This document shows, piece after piece, positions 30,783-41,711 of a stretch of 64,000 bases of DNA. The notes beneath the pieces were generated by a model. That model did no database searches and was not told where the DNA came from. It saw only the letters and a program-made list of their open reading frames with translations. Position 1 is the first letter of the stretch; each line of letters opens with the position of its first letter. This DNA is from Candidatus Poribacteria bacterium (GTDB taxonomy: Bacteria; Poribacteria; WGA-4E; PCPOR2b), in NCBI GenBank assembly GCA_965218095.1, contig OZ244587.1, forward strand, positions 4,000,001 to 4,064,000, written 5' to 3'. Both the position numbers and the translations under genes were made by a program.

Positions 30783-31046
30783 TTTCCCTCTACCAGAGGA
30801 ACAATAAGTTCGTCTGGAATTCGATTTCGCTCAATATAAGAATTGATCTCTGCCTGATGGTCGCTGTAGTAACTGAGCGCATCGAACACTTGAGCGAGCG
30901 TGAGATGAGGTAGCTGGCTCAGCATTTCTTCAGGTAAGATCCCTTGCCGCAATAGCCCTAACTAGCGTACGTGTGCCAGCAATGATTGGCTCACTACTCA
31001 AGATGTCCTCATCGGTGATGGTGTAACAATGTTTCGTCGTTTTCAT
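30779..31046 (-). pseudogene. DUF433 antitoxin, frameshifted
   Basis: EPIIAGTRT.VRAI then shifted PEE...PHLTLAQVFDALSYYSDH. Confidence 0.8.
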
Positions 31047-31049
31047 TTC

Positions 31050-32405
31050 TTAAATCGCCAGCTTGCGATCAATTGATTGTTGAAGTTGCTCCCGGACCGA
31101 TTCCAACGTGATTCTTTGCATTAAGGGTTCAAAGAAACCATCGACAATCAGCCGTTCAGCTTGATCATGAGATAAGCCACGACTCATGAGATAAAAAACT
31201 TGATCTTTATCAATGGGCCCGGCCGTCGCACCATGCGTACAACGGATGCCTTCACTCGCCCGAATTTCTAGACCCGGAACGGGGTCTGCTCGGGCACGAT
31301 CGCTCAACATCAAATTATCATTCTTTTGATAGGCGTCAGTGTGTTGTCCGCCGGGGTGGACGTGAATCATGCCGCCCCACACGCTTCGTGAACGGTCTTT
31401 GAGAACTGTCCGATAGAGCAGGTCGCTCGTCGTGTGAGGCGCTTGATGGTCTTGACAGGTGTGAATGTCAAGGTGTTGGCGAGCATGGGTGAACGTCAGC
31501 CCCAGCATTTCAACGTGACTTCCCGGCTTTTCAAGAACTGACACCTGATTGAGTTTGCTTACGCGACTCCCCAACGCCCCCGTAACCCAGCGAAATTGGG
31601 CATCTCGTCCGATGATCGCCCGCTGTGTCGAGAAATTCCAGACTCGAAGATTCCACCTTTGCACCTCGACGTAATTCACATGGGCGCTGTCCCCGACAAA
31701 GACTTCGACGGCGCCACAGTGCAACCCTGGCACCTCCGCATCTACCGAAAGATGTTCCTCCAAAACGGTTACTTGACTCCCAGTATCGGCAATAATTAGC
31801 GTGTGTGCCAGATCTGCTCTCTGCGCTTCAGACAGCGCAACAAATACGCGCAATGGAACTTCAATAACGACGCCTTTGGGAATGTATAACAGGTATCCAC
31901 CCTGCCAGAATGCGCCGTGGAGCGCATCAAATTTATTCCAATCGACTGGAACGGCTTTGGTCATGAAATATGGCTCGACAAGCTCCGGATGTTCCTTCAA
32001 CGCCGTATTCATATTGGCAAAGTAGACGCCTTTGCGTGCGAGGTCTTTCGACAGCGTAGCGTGGGCAGCGATACCATCTTGCTGAACAATTAGTCCGGAT
32101 TCTCCATCCAGCGACTGCAATCGCTCTTTCAGAGAATCGGGCAGGGGAGAGTGTTCAGCCGAATCTGCAGGAGAAAGCGCGATCGGGTGATACTGTTGTA
32201 ACTTTAGCGTACGCAGGTCTGTCCGACGCCAGTAGTCCTGCACATGCATATCCGTTGTCCGCTTCCACGTATCCTCGTTGGGCGTTTTGGGGATTGGCAG
32301 GCTTTCATAAACGTCATAAGCCGCCAACCGCCTTTCGCGCATCCAGCGCGGCTCATCTTGCGCTTTGGATATGTTCTCTACAAATTCTCGTGAAAAATCC
32401 CCCAC
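31050..32405 (-). CDS. sufD: Fe-S cluster assembly protein SufD
   Basis: EPRWMRERR, FDALHGAF, DAYQKNDNL, PGLEI, CTHGAT, FYLMSRG; start uncertain (ORF open to 32483). Confidence 0.92.
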   Translation of the reverse strand: MGDFSREFVENISKAQDEPRWMRERRLAAYDVYESLPIPKTPNEDTWKRTTDMHVQDYWRRTDLRTLKLQQYHPIALSPADSAEHSPLPDSLKERLQSLDGESGLIVQQDGIAAHATLSKDLARKGVYFANMNTALKEHPELVEPYFMTKAVPVDWNKFDALHGAFWQGGYLLYIPKGVVIEVPLRVFVALSEAQRADLAHTLIIADTGSQVTVLEEHLSVDAEVPGLHCGAVEVFVGDSAHVNYVEVQRWNLRVWNFSTQRAIIGRDAQFRWVTGALGSRVSKLNQVSVLEKPGSHVEMLGLTFTHARQHLDIHTCQDHQAPHTTSDLLYRTVLKDRSRSVWGGMIHVHPGGQHTDAYQKNDNLMLSDRARADPVPGLEIRASEGIRCTHGATAGPIDKDQVFYLMSRGLSHDQAERLIVDGFFEPLMQRITLESVREQLQQSIDRKLAI

Positions 32406-32509
32406 ATAAACTTCATAGGAGGGATTGTAGTTTAATTCTAAACTCAATTCCAATCTCCGTCTCGCAAAACGTAACGAGGACATCTTCCCTTACGTTTTAC
32501 GTTTCACGT

Positions 32510-33931
32510 TTATCCCACCGAACCTTCCATCTGAAGCTGGATCAACCGGTTCATTTCGACCGCATACTCCATCGGGAGTTCCTTAACAAGCGGTTCAATG
32601 AATCCGTTGACGATCATCGTCGAGGCTTCCTCTTCGGACAGCCCACGGCTCATCAGATAGAAAAGTTGTTCCTCGCCAATCTTGCTGACACGCGCTTCGT
32701 GACCGACGTTCACATCGTCTGCGTCAATTTGGATAACCGGATAGGTGTCGGACCGTGATTCTTCATCGAGGATTAGGGCGTCACATTCGACGTTGGATTT
32801 ACACCCTTTCGCACCGTTGAGCACTTTGAGCTCGCCACGGTAGCTGGAACGTCCTCCGTCCTTGCTAATCGACTTGGAGGTAATACGCGAACTGGTGTTC
32901 GGCGCACAGTGAATAACCTTGCCGCCGGCGTCCTGATGCTGCCCCTTGGTTGCGAAAGCGATTGAGAGGATTTCTCCGTGGGCACCCGGCTCCATCATAT
33001 AAATGCTTGGGTACTTCATCGTCAGCTTGGAGCCTAAATTCCCATCAATCCATTCCATGTGGGCGTCTTCGTAAGCTATCGACCGCTTCGTGACGAGGTT
33101 ATATACGTTATTCGCCCAGTTCTGAATCGTGGTGTAGCGCACGCGCGATCCTTTCTTGCAGATAATTTCAACAACGGCGCTGTGCAGTGATTCACTGGAA
33201 AAGGTTGGAGCTGTGCATCCTTCGACGTAATGCACCTCCGCGCCCTCGTCCGCAATAATCAGCGTCCGTTCAAACTGCCCCATGTTTTCGGTGTTGATGC
33301 GGAAGTACGCTTGCAAAGGGTAATCGACCTTGACACCGGGCGGCACGTAGATAAAGCTACCGCCGCTCCATACGGAACTGTTTAGTGCGGCAAGTTTGTT
33401 ATCCGCTGACGGAATCACTGTGCCGAAATACTCCCTGAGCAGATCCGGATATTCGCGAACGGCTGTATCGGTATCGACGAAGATGACGCCAATCTTCTCC
33501 AGCTCTTCTTCGATATTATGATAGACAACCTCCGAATCGTATTGGGCACCAACGCCGGCGAGGAATTTTCGTTCCGCTTCCGGGATGCCGAGCCTATCAA
33601 AGGTATTTTTGATGTCGTCGGGGACATCATCCCAGCTCCGCTCGACCCGGTCAGAGGCTTTGACATAGTAGTAGATGTCATCGTAGTCGAGTCCAGAGAG
33701 GTCGCCGCCCCATTTCAGATCCGGCTTCTGCTTGAAGATTTCATAAGCCTTCAGCCGGTATTGGCGCATCCAATCGGGTTCGCCTTTGACATCGCACATC
33801 TGATTGATGACCCCAGTATCCAAGCCCTTTCGCGATTTGAAAACGGGTTTAATATCATCGTGAAATCCGTATTTGTATTCGCTGCTTACGCCGATGTCTG
33901 CCATCTCACTCGGCTTTTGTTGTTCTGCCAT
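32510..33931 (-). CDS. sufB: Fe-S cluster assembly protein SufB
   Basis: [45 protein letters not shown]. Confidence 0.97.
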   Translation of the reverse strand: MAEQQKPSEMADIGVSSEYKYGFHDDIKPVFKSRKGLDTGVINQMCDVKGEPDWMRQYRLKAYEIFKQKPDLKWGGDLSGLDYDDIYYYVKASDRVERSWDDVPDDIKNTFDRLGIPEAERKFLAGVGAQYDSEVVYHNIEEELEKIGVIFVDTDTAVREYPDLLREYFGTVIPSADNKLAALNSSVWSGGSFIYVPPGVKVDYPLQAYFRINTENMGQFERTLIIADEGAEVHYVEGCTAPTFSSESLHSAVVEIICKKGSRVRYTTIQNWANNVYNLVTKRSIAYEDAHMEWIDGNLGSKLTMKYPSIYMMEPGAHGEILSIAFATKGQHQDAGGKVIHCAPNTSSRITSKSISKDGGRSSYRGELKVLNGAKGCKSNVECDALILDEESRSDTYPVIQIDADDVNVGHEARVSKIGEEQLFYLMSRGLSEEEASTMIVNGFIEPLVKELPMEYAVEMNRLIQLQMEGSVG

Positions 33932-33973
33932 TTTCTGTATTTCCTTTCCATTTTCGGTGAATCTGTTCTGTTT

Positions 33974-34804
33974 TTACGCTCTTAAAGAGGGCAATGTCTC
34001 TTCAGCCTCAGTTTCAACAACAGTCTCCGTGAGACCGTGTGCCTCACGAATTGGATCGTACCCTTTCTCCTCCAGCAGCTCAGCGAGCTCCCACCCTCCG
34101 GATTCGACCACCTTTCCGTCAAGCAGAATGTGTATGAACTGTGGACGGATGTAGTTGAGCAGACGTGGATAATGGGTGATAATGAGCACACCGAGGCTTG
34201 GACCAATCAACTGATTGACGCTTTCCCCAACGATACGCACCGCGTCAATATCCAACCCCGAATCGGTTTCGTCAAGGATGGCAATTTTGGGTTCAAGCAT
34301 CGCTAGCTGTAAGACTTCGGCTCTTTTCTTCTCACCCCCGGAGAATCCGTCGTTGAGGTAGCGCCGTCCAAACGATTCATCAACGCCCAGCTGTTTCATT
34401 TTTGCCCGTAACTCTCGCCGGAACTCTCGCATTGGGATGAGTTCGCTTGTTTCTGACCCGTTTGAATTTTCAGAACGCACGGCACTCACGGCCATGCGGA
34501 GGAAGTTCGCCATGCTGACACCGGGGATTGCCGTTGGATATTGAAACGCAAGGAAAAGCCCTAACTTTGCGCGTTCGTTCGGTTCTAGTTCAAGGATATC
34601 CACCCCGCCTATGGTGACTTCTCCAGAATCAACGGTATAGGACGGATTCCCCATTAGTGTGTTGGCAAGGGTACTTTTGCCGGATCCATTCGGACCCATA
34701 AGGGCGTGGATTTCACCCTGTTTGACACTCAGGTTTAAGCCTTTGATAATAGGCTGATCTTCCACGCTGACATGTAAATCTTTGATGACTAATTCGGTAC
34801 TCAT
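33974..34804 (-). CDS. sufC: Fe-S cluster assembly ATPase SufC
   Basis: GPNGSGKST, FLAFQYP, GFSGGEKKR, LDETDSGLD, ITHY. Confidence 0.97.
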   Translation of the reverse strand: MSTELVIKDLHVSVEDQPIIKGLNLSVKQGEIHALMGPNGSGKSTLANTLMGNPSYTVDSGEVTIGGVDILELEPNERAKLGLFLAFQYPTAIPGVSMANFLRMAVSAVRSENSNGSETSELIPMREFRRELRAKMKQLGVDESFGRRYLNDGFSGGEKKRAEVLQLAMLEPKIAILDETDSGLDIDAVRIVGESVNQLIGPSLGVLIITHYPRLLNYIRPQFIHILLDGKVVESGGWELAELLEEKGYDPIREAHGLTETVVETEAEETLPSLRA

Positions 34805-35185
34805 TAATTCTTGTTCGACTCCTTACTTTATAACCTGCGGTGTTAGTTGATGAGGATATCGTTTCCACCTCTTGGTTCATTTATCAGATTAAGTGTCAAG
34901 AAAAAATGCAAAAAAAATGACGTGTGCTCACGGAGTCAGTGTTCATGCAGGTTTGTGGGAGATTACCGTTGAAGAACGGTAATGCGCCCCAAAGCCAATA
35001 GAGACGCAGGTTTCAGGCTATAGAACTCCCATTTTTTTGTGGATTTTTTCACATTAATGAACCAATCAACTAATGAACCGATTAACAAATTGTTTTCACG
35101 TTTCACTGTCGGTCTTTGACCGGAAAGCGTTTCAACAGTTGTAAACTAGCACTATTGGTTCTATATCATGTAATGCACAACGTCC

Positions 35186-36184
35186 CTAACCGCCAATCAT
35201 AGACATGTTTCGTTTCGGTTTGACAAAGTTTACTGCATTAATTTGATGTCCCGGTTCTTTCTGCTTCACCGCTTCAATAATCAGGTCCCCAATAGTTTCA
35301 TCGGAGGCACCGGCACGCAACGGGGTCAACAGATCGGTTTCTGTAATAGAAAACAGACATGTCCGCAATTGCCCGTCGGCGGTGAGGCGGATCCGATTAC
35401 ACTGTTCACAAAACGGTTCAGTTACGGAAGAGATAAACCCGACATCCCCCTTGCCGTCTGCAAACTGATAAAGCTTTGCCGGGTCGTGTTTCGCATTGCC
35501 ATTCACCTTGACTGGCTCCAGGGGATAGATTCCATTGATTTTATTGATAATCTCCTTGCCCGGAATGAACATATTCCGCCCCCAAATGTCATCTGCATCT
35601 AAAGGCATGAATTCAATAAATCGAAGTTGATAAGAATTTTCACGGGAAAACTTCGCCAGATCAACAATCTCATCATCGGTAAACCCCTTCATTGCCACAG
35701 CATTGACTTTGATTGGATTAAACCCACAACGTTGTGCTTCCTGCAGACCCTCTAACACCTTTGAAAGCACCTTTCGACGTGTCATCTGCTCAAATTTCAC
35801 TTCATTCAGTGTATCAAGGCTGACGTTAATTCGGCGAAGCCCGGCATCGTAGAGGTCTTTCGCTTGCTTGATTAAGCCGATGCCGTTTGTCGTTAAACTG
35901 ATGTCCTTTAACCCCTCAAGACTGCGGAGCCGCCTGATAAGTTCTGGAATGCCGCGACGAATTAACGGTTCACCTCCCGTGAGCCGGATCTTATTGACGC
36001 CGAGATCGACAAAGATGCGGGCGAGGCGAATGATCTCGTCAAAGGTCATGATCTGTTCATCTTCCATGAACTCCATGTCTTCCGGCATGCAGTAGATACA
36101 GCGGAAGTTACACCGGTCTGTCACGGAGATGCGTAAGTTTGTGTGTTCTCTGTTGAAGCTGTCAATCAATCGTATTTTCGCCAT
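35186..36184 (-). CDS. moaA: GTP 3',8-cyclase
   Basis: LRISVTDRCNFRCIYCMP, FCxxCNRIRLT, C-terminal IGG. Confidence 0.96.
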   Translation of the reverse strand: MAKIRLIDSFNREHTNLRISVTDRCNFRCIYCMPEDMEFMEDEQIMTFDEIIRLARIFVDLGVNKIRLTGGEPLIRRGIPELIRRLRSLEGLKDISLTTNGIGLIKQAKDLYDAGLRRINVSLDTLNEVKFEQMTRRKVLSKVLEGLQEAQRCGFNPIKVNAVAMKGFTDDEIVDLAKFSRENSYQLRFIEFMPLDADDIWGRNMFIPGKEIINKINGIYPLEPVKVNGNAKHDPAKLYQFADGKGDVGFISSVTEPFCEQCNRIRLTADGQLRTCLFSITETDLLTPLRAGASDETIGDLIIEAVKQKEPGHQINAVNFVKPKRNMSMIGG

Positions 36185-36379
36185 TTTTCGTCGTAGCAAC
36201 CCAATAATTCTCTTGGAAAATCAGGGGATAGAACACCATCAACCTGGGTTAAATTCCTTTCCGGGCAGCGTTTTATGATAACATAAGCGGATGAGTTTTG
36301 CAAATTTTTTTATAAGTTTTTTATGTAAAATACCATAAAAAAGGCATTAGGGCTTCGGGGTAGCGAACACCTAACACCT

Positions 36380-36512
36380 ACGGAGAATGCCATATCGAAG
36401 ACGCAACTCTCCACTGCGAATCGATCCGGATTTGGGTCTGAATCCACTCATTCCCGTAGCAGCCGACATGATCGACGCGCCAACTATCCGCCATAATAAC
36501 GATAACGTTCAT
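36380..36512 (-). pseudogene. N-terminal remnant of a sulfatase
   Basis: MNVIVIMADSWRVDHVGCYGNEWIQT then shifted DRFAVESCVFD; GAAGGA RBS; truncated. Confidence 0.7.
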
Positions 36513-36550
36513 GATTTTCCTTCATTTCTTCTGACTTTTTTCGCTTCACA

Positions 36551-37480
36551 TCACCGAAGGAACCAGTCGATTGTTTGTCGCAAACCGGTTTTGAGATCCA
36601 CTTGCGGTTGGTAACCTAGCAAACGCTGTGCCTTGCGAATATCAGCGCGGGAATGTCGAACATCACCAGGGCGCGGCGATGTATAGACAGGTTTGGCATC
36701 GACCTCCATCAACTCTCCGATAAGGGATGCTAGCTGATTGATTGATGTCTGCCCACCACAACCGATGTTAAAGACTTCTCCTGCAACCCCTTCCGTATGA
36801 CAGGCAAGGAGGTTTGCATGAACAGCGTTCGCAATGTACGTAAAATCTCGCGATTGTTCACCGTCTCCCTCGATCGCTGGGGAGGCACCACGCAGGTAAG
36901 CATAAATAAACTTGGGGATGACCGCGGAATACTGAGAGGTCAGATCTTGGCGCGGCCCAAAGACGTTGAAATATCGCAGCGAAACTGTTTCTAAATCGTA
37001 AATCTGCGTAAAAACACGACAGTAGCATTCGCCCACATATTTGGTAATGGCATAAGGAGAGGCGGGTTGTGGGGGGAGCTCTTCAGATTTGGGAAGTGTC
37101 GGTATATTGCCATAAGCCGATGAAGAACCTGCATAAACAACACGCTTCACCTCCGCATCTCTCGCGGCAACAAGAACGTTCAAAGTGCCGTTGATATTTA
37201 CGGTATTACTCAGAATTGGATCCGCAACGGATCTGGCGACTGAAGGCCGGGCGCCTTGATGGAAGACATAATCGACCCCTGCAACCGCTTGACGTACAGC
37301 CTCGAGCTCTTGCAGGTCTCCACGCATAAACTCGACCCAATCTTTGATGTGCGCGATGTTCTCAGCTTTACCCGTTGAGCAGTTATCGAACACACGTACC
37401 CGCTCACCTTTTTTTACAAGGGCTTCAACGAGGTGGCATCCGATGAACCCAAAGCCGCCTGTAACCAAATAATGTGCCAT
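36551..37480 (-). CDS. NAD-dependent nucleotide-sugar epimerase/dehydratase
   Basis: TGGFGFIG, YAITK, LRYFNVFGP, GDGEQSRDF. Confidence 0.9.
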   Translation of the reverse strand: MAHYLVTGGFGFIGCHLVEALVKKGERVRVFDNCSTGKAENIAHIKDWVEFMRGDLQELEAVRQAVAGVDYVFHQGARPSVARSVADPILSNTVNINGTLNVLVAARDAEVKRVVYAGSSSAYGNIPTLPKSEELPPQPASPYAITKYVGECYCRVFTQIYDLETVSLRYFNVFGPRQDLTSQYSAVIPKFIYAYLRGASPAIEGDGEQSRDFTYIANAVHANLLACHTEGVAGEVFNIGCGGQTSINQLASLIGELMEVDAKPVYTSPRPGDVRHSRADIRKAQRLLGYQPQVDLKTGLRQTIDWFLR

Positions 37481-37545
37481 TAAAAAAATTCTCCTATAAA
37501 ATCGTGGATATATTCTTCGTAGCTTCTGAGTGAAAATGCAGCTTT

Positions 37546-37833
37546 CTAGCACACACAAGGCGTAGATCGGCACTTGGGACAGCCATTTGCATAGATTTGC
37601 GCGGCGTCAGCAAGGTCAATGCCAAGCAAACTCGTAAGTGTCGATAACCATGCCAACACATCAGCAAACTCAGCGCGGAGCCGCTCCACATCTCTTGGCT
37701 CACGTCGAATCTCTTTAGCCAGTTCGCCGACCTCCTCGACAAACCAAACAAATGTGCGATCCACGCCCCGTTTGGCGTCTCGATCAAAGTAGATTTGTTC
37801 AATCAGATTTTGGAATTCTTGAATGGTCATCAA
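37546..37833 (-). CDS. MazG-like nucleotide pyrophosphohydrolase
   Basis: EEVGEL...EFAD; C-terminal CPKC...CVC. Confidence 0.85.
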   Translation of the reverse strand: MMTIQEFQNLIEQIYFDRDAKRGVDRTFVWFVEEVGELAKEIRREPRDVERLRAEFADVLAWLSTLTSLLGIDLADAAQIYANGCPKCRSTPCVC

Positions 37834-37865
37834 TTTTGTCGTCTTGACCTGATGTACACCCGCTG

Positions 37866-38255
37866 TTACACTTCAACGTCGTAATTCAACTCGATTTCGT
37901 CCCCTGGGGCACCTCGGAAGCCCCAGTTATGCTTGGGCGTCTCAGTGATTGTAATTTCAAGGTCTTGTAGTGAGATATTGAGTTCTTGATGAACTCTTTC
38001 AAAAAGCAGGCAAATCAGGTGTTTCTTCGCCTTTACGGACCGGCCTTCAAACATGCTGATCTCGATAATTGTATACTTCGTCGTTAGCTCGTGGGGATAA
38101 TAAAAATCAGAGGAGTCTAAGGGAAAGAAGCGGTGTGCTCTTTTGTCTTTCGGAAAGTGCAAGGCGTCGACTGCGCACGAATGAATCACATTGGAGAGTT
38201 TCGCTTTGGTAAGGTCAAGACTTTCCCTTAATCCGTAGATTTTAATCTGCGCCAT
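37866..38255 (-). CDS. tautomerase family protein
   Basis: IEISMFEGRS...KK, EITITETPKHNWGFRG. Confidence 0.85.
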   Translation of the reverse strand: MAQIKIYGLRESLDLTKAKLSNVIHSCAVDALHFPKDKRAHRFFPLDSSDFYYPHELTTKYTIIEISMFEGRSVKAKKHLICLLFERVHQELNISLQDLEITITETPKHNWGFRGAPGDEIELNYDVEV

Positions 38256-38288
38256 TGTATTTCCTCTTGGTTATTCGCCTGATAAGAT

Positions 38289-39146
38289 TTAGGCCGTCAG
38301 AATCTCCACGCCGGTCTCCGTCACACGCACCGTATGTTCCCATTGCGCCGACAGCGAACCATCAACCGTGACCACCGTCCAGCCATCTAACAGCGTCTCG
38401 CACTCATAGTGGCCGGCATTAATCATCGGCTCAATCGTAAACACCATGTTCGATGCTAACCGAGCGCCGCTATTTCTGCGACCATAATGGGGAACCTGGG
38501 GGGGCTCCCAAAATTGCAAACCGGTGCCATGCCCGCACAATTGACGCACGACGGAATATCCGTGACTTTCGGCATGCCACTGGATTGCGTAGCCGATGTC
38601 TCCAATGGTGTTGAAAGGTTTCGCTTCCTCAATGCCAAGATAGAGGCATTCTTTCGTCACCTCAATCAACTTCAAGGCTTCTTTCGACGCCTCGCCGATT
38701 ACAAACATGCGACTTGTATCTCCAAAATACCCATCCAGAATCGGGGTGACATCGACATTGATGATATCTCCGTCCTTCAAGACCGTATCATCAGGAATGC
38801 CGTGACAGATCACATTATTAATCGAAGTACAGCAACTTTTGTGAAACCCCTTTACATCCAGCGTTGCGGGATATGCGCCGTGCTGGATGGTGTATTCGTA
38901 GACCCACCGGTCAATATCAATGGCCGTGACACCGGCCTCGATTCGCTCGGCTACCATATCCAAAGTTTGTCGCGCTAGCTGACTGCTTCTGCGAATGCCT
39001 TCGATTTGTCCCTCTGTTTTGATAATTATCCCCGAAGGCATGCGCGGTTGAGGCGTCCTTGATTTTTTGTCCTGCTTGAGATGGCAATTTTTATATTTTT
39101 TCCCGCTTCCACACCAACAGGGGGCATGTCGCGATAGTTTTCTCAT
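38289..39146 (-). CDS. map: methionine aminopeptidase with N-terminal SEC-C motif
   Basis: CWCGSGKKYKNCH; CHGIPD, NVDVT, GDTS, GHG, TIEPMIN, AQWEHT. Confidence 0.95.
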   Translation of the reverse strand: MRKLSRHAPCWCGSGKKYKNCHLKQDKKSRTPQPRMPSGIIIKTEGQIEGIRRSSQLARQTLDMVAERIEAGVTAIDIDRWVYEYTIQHGAYPATLDVKGFHKSCCTSINNVICHGIPDDTVLKDGDIINVDVTPILDGYFGDTSRMFVIGEASKEALKLIEVTKECLYLGIEEAKPFNTIGDIGYAIQWHAESHGYSVVRQLCGHGTGLQFWEPPQVPHYGRRNSGARLASNMVFTIEPMINAGHYECETLLDGWTVVTVDGSLSAQWEHTVRVTETGVEILTA

Positions 39147-39322
39147 CGTTTTACCGCCTTGTTAACACCACCTGAATTTGCGAGTCAATCAAGCTGCCTT
39201 TTCGCCGGTGATTTTTAGCAGACAGAATTGAGTCGGTATCGAAATCGCCTTTTCTCCAGCACAACGCAACTCAGCGTTTATTCGGCGCAATCCTGCTTGG
39301 TAATCTGCATCAGAGATGGTAA

Positions 39323-39723
39323 TTAGCTGTGAGCATGTATCCCTTGTGTGCCGAGGACGACATTACCGCCGCGGCCATTGGGGAGGAACAGACGCTGAAA
39401 TCCAGCTTTGGCGATTAATCTCACGATGTTTTTATAATCATTAAGGTGTAGATGTGATTGGGAGCGCTCACAGTGCCGGGGAGATCCAGATGATGATCGG
39501 AGGCACCAAGCCACAGTGCTGGCAGCAGATAGATCTGGCCGCTGAGTTGTTGTTCGACCCCTTGTGCGACTGCCGTCACAAGATAGGTGTCCGTCAGCAG
39601 TGGGGAGTGATGCCCATGTTGTTCCATCGATCCAAGCGGAAGGACGACAACTTTGTTTTTATCTGCTTCCTGAATATCACTAAGTTTGGACAATCTTACC
39701 CTCACCAAAATCAGTAATAGCAA
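39323..39723 (-). pseudogene. creatininase family remnant
   Basis: LPLGSMEQHGHH.PL.TD, GASDHH..PGT, then shifted GFQRL...NGRGGN; C-terminal half absent. Confidence 0.75.
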
Positions 39724-39991
39724 GAGTTGTGGATTTTAATCAGAGTTCATAAAATCTCTCGACTCACACAAAATTCTCCCCAATTGTCGGAGGAATGCAG
39801 GGGTCTGATTTTGGGGATTTGTCTGACCAATCTGTTACCATCGATACCGCAGATGGCTCCAAGCAAAGTCTCTTCTCACTTTAGACACTTTAGTACACTG
39901 TCCAAACTTTAGGAATATCAACCCAGCAGTTGTTTCCATATTGCATGTGAATTTGTTCTCCTGAATGATCGTGTGATTTTTTTGAAAAATA

Positions 39992-41215
39992 CTAAACGGA
40001 TAAACAATCCAAGGCATCTGCCAGACATTGTATCCCCGCGTTGATTGTTTGGAGGCTAACCGCGTATGCAAACCGCAAGTGATCGGAGCACTGAAACTTG
40101 CTCCCCGGCGCCGTTACGACATTTGCATCCCTGAGCAGGTAGTGTGCGAGATCTTCGTCTGTGTTGAGCGCCCGCTCCTCCGGTGTTCGGCGACCAAGAT
40201 AGGCGTGCATATCCGGGAAAAAGTAAAACGCGCCAGATGGAGACTCCCAAACCGCATCCTTCACCAACTCGCCAAAGCGTCTCAGTAACACATCCCGCCG
40301 GACGCAAAGTTCATCACGAATCTCGTGTCGCAAACGCAGATCTGTATCCTTCCGTAAAAAGTGTGCATATCCTTTCTGCGTCGGCAAGTTGACGCACGAG
40401 GAGGCATTTCCTTCAACATTTGCTATCGTTTGCATCACCGCCTCCGGTCCCGCGATAAACCCTAAGCGGAGTCCTGTCCCTGAAACCTCTTTGGACATAC
40501 CACCAACAAGGAGGGCTTGATCGGGAAGGCTTGATGCAATACCTACGTGTTCAACCCCATCATAGACTATAGTACGGTAGACCTCATCAGATAAGACGCA
40601 GATCTGTTCATGCCGGCGGATGATACTTGCCAATTCCTCTAATAGCGCAGGTGGATAGACGGTCCCTGTCGGATTATTGGGGGAATTCAGTACAATCAAC
40701 GCAATAGTATCGCCCTGGTTCAGGAGATCTGCCAGTTGATTTGGATCAGGGAGGAAACATGTATCGGTCTGCAGAACAATCGGTGGTTTTCCCGTCAGCA
40801 GGATGGGAAGATTTTCATAAGATTCGTAGATTGGGGCAAACGTGACAAGCCGATTCCGCCGAGAGCCTGGATTCAGCATCGCCACGCAGGCTTTGAAGAC
40901 GGCATCTTTGGGGCCGGGACAAACGACAATCTGGGATGGGGAATAGTTCAACCCGAAAAGATGAAAATCTGCGTGAATGGCTTCCAGCAACTCCGGGTCG
41001 CCGGCTGTGGGGGAGTAGTGCGTGGCATCATTCATTACGGCTTCGGCAATCGCGGTTTTCAGAAGGTAGGGCACCGGAATCTCCGGGTTCATTTCACCGA
41101 TGCCGAAATCGTAGATCTGTTTCCCTTCCTGTCTTGATTTTTCTGCAATTGACTTGATTTCCAGTGTCGGTGATGGCTTTACCTGTTGCGCCCAGGTCGA
41201 GAGAGTTAGGCCCAT
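39992..41215 (-). CDS. class I/II aminotransferase (aspartate-aminotransferase-like)
   Basis: NSPNNPTG, SDEVY, GMSK...GLRLG, GAFY. Confidence 0.9.
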   Translation of the reverse strand: MGLTLSTWAQQVKPSPTLEIKSIAEKSRQEGKQIYDFGIGEMNPEIPVPYLLKTAIAEAVMNDATHYSPTAGDPELLEAIHADFHLFGLNYSPSQIVVCPGPKDAVFKACVAMLNPGSRRNRLVTFAPIYESYENLPILLTGKPPIVLQTDTCFLPDPNQLADLLNQGDTIALIVLNSPNNPTGTVYPPALLEELASIIRRHEQICVLSDEVYRTIVYDGVEHVGIASSLPDQALLVGGMSKEVSGTGLRLGFIAGPEAVMQTIANVEGNASSCVNLPTQKGYAHFLRKDTDLRLRHEIRDELCVRRDVLLRRFGELVKDAVWESPSGAFYFFPDMHAYLGRRTPEERALNTDEDLAHYLLRDANVVTAPGSKFQCSDHLRFAYAVSLQTINAGIQCLADALDCLSV

Positions 41216-41711
41216 TTTGTAAAAAATCCTGCTGGTTAGGTGATACCAATTCTTGATCAATCCGCTACTAAAACCTTGCGAAGGTTTCAAATCTTCGCAA
41301 GATTCTACACCTTCGGTCAAGCAAAATAATAGCATGAACTGAACAACGGCGTCAATCCCAAATTTACCGGTATAGAAATTTGCAATTCCCGATCTTCGAT
41401 CGGGGTGCACGATGTTCTAAGCACCAAAGGTGCAACAACACCGGGACAAGCAAATGGACTAGGGGAAGAATGAAATGATGTCAAATTGATGATGAGACAG
41501 GAAAATTGGTCGTCACTTACCCTGTGTAAATCATAAAAAAAAAGAAACAGATCAGCAACATGCACGTAATATTTTTAGACTATACTTTCACATCTGAGGT
41601 TCGCCCATTTTCAGTGGGAAAAATGACAATTGTTAGACTTGGTACGCAAAACGTAATATGAAACGTCTGCGAGAAAGTCACGATAAAATTTGGATTCAGG
41701 AGTTAGTAAAA

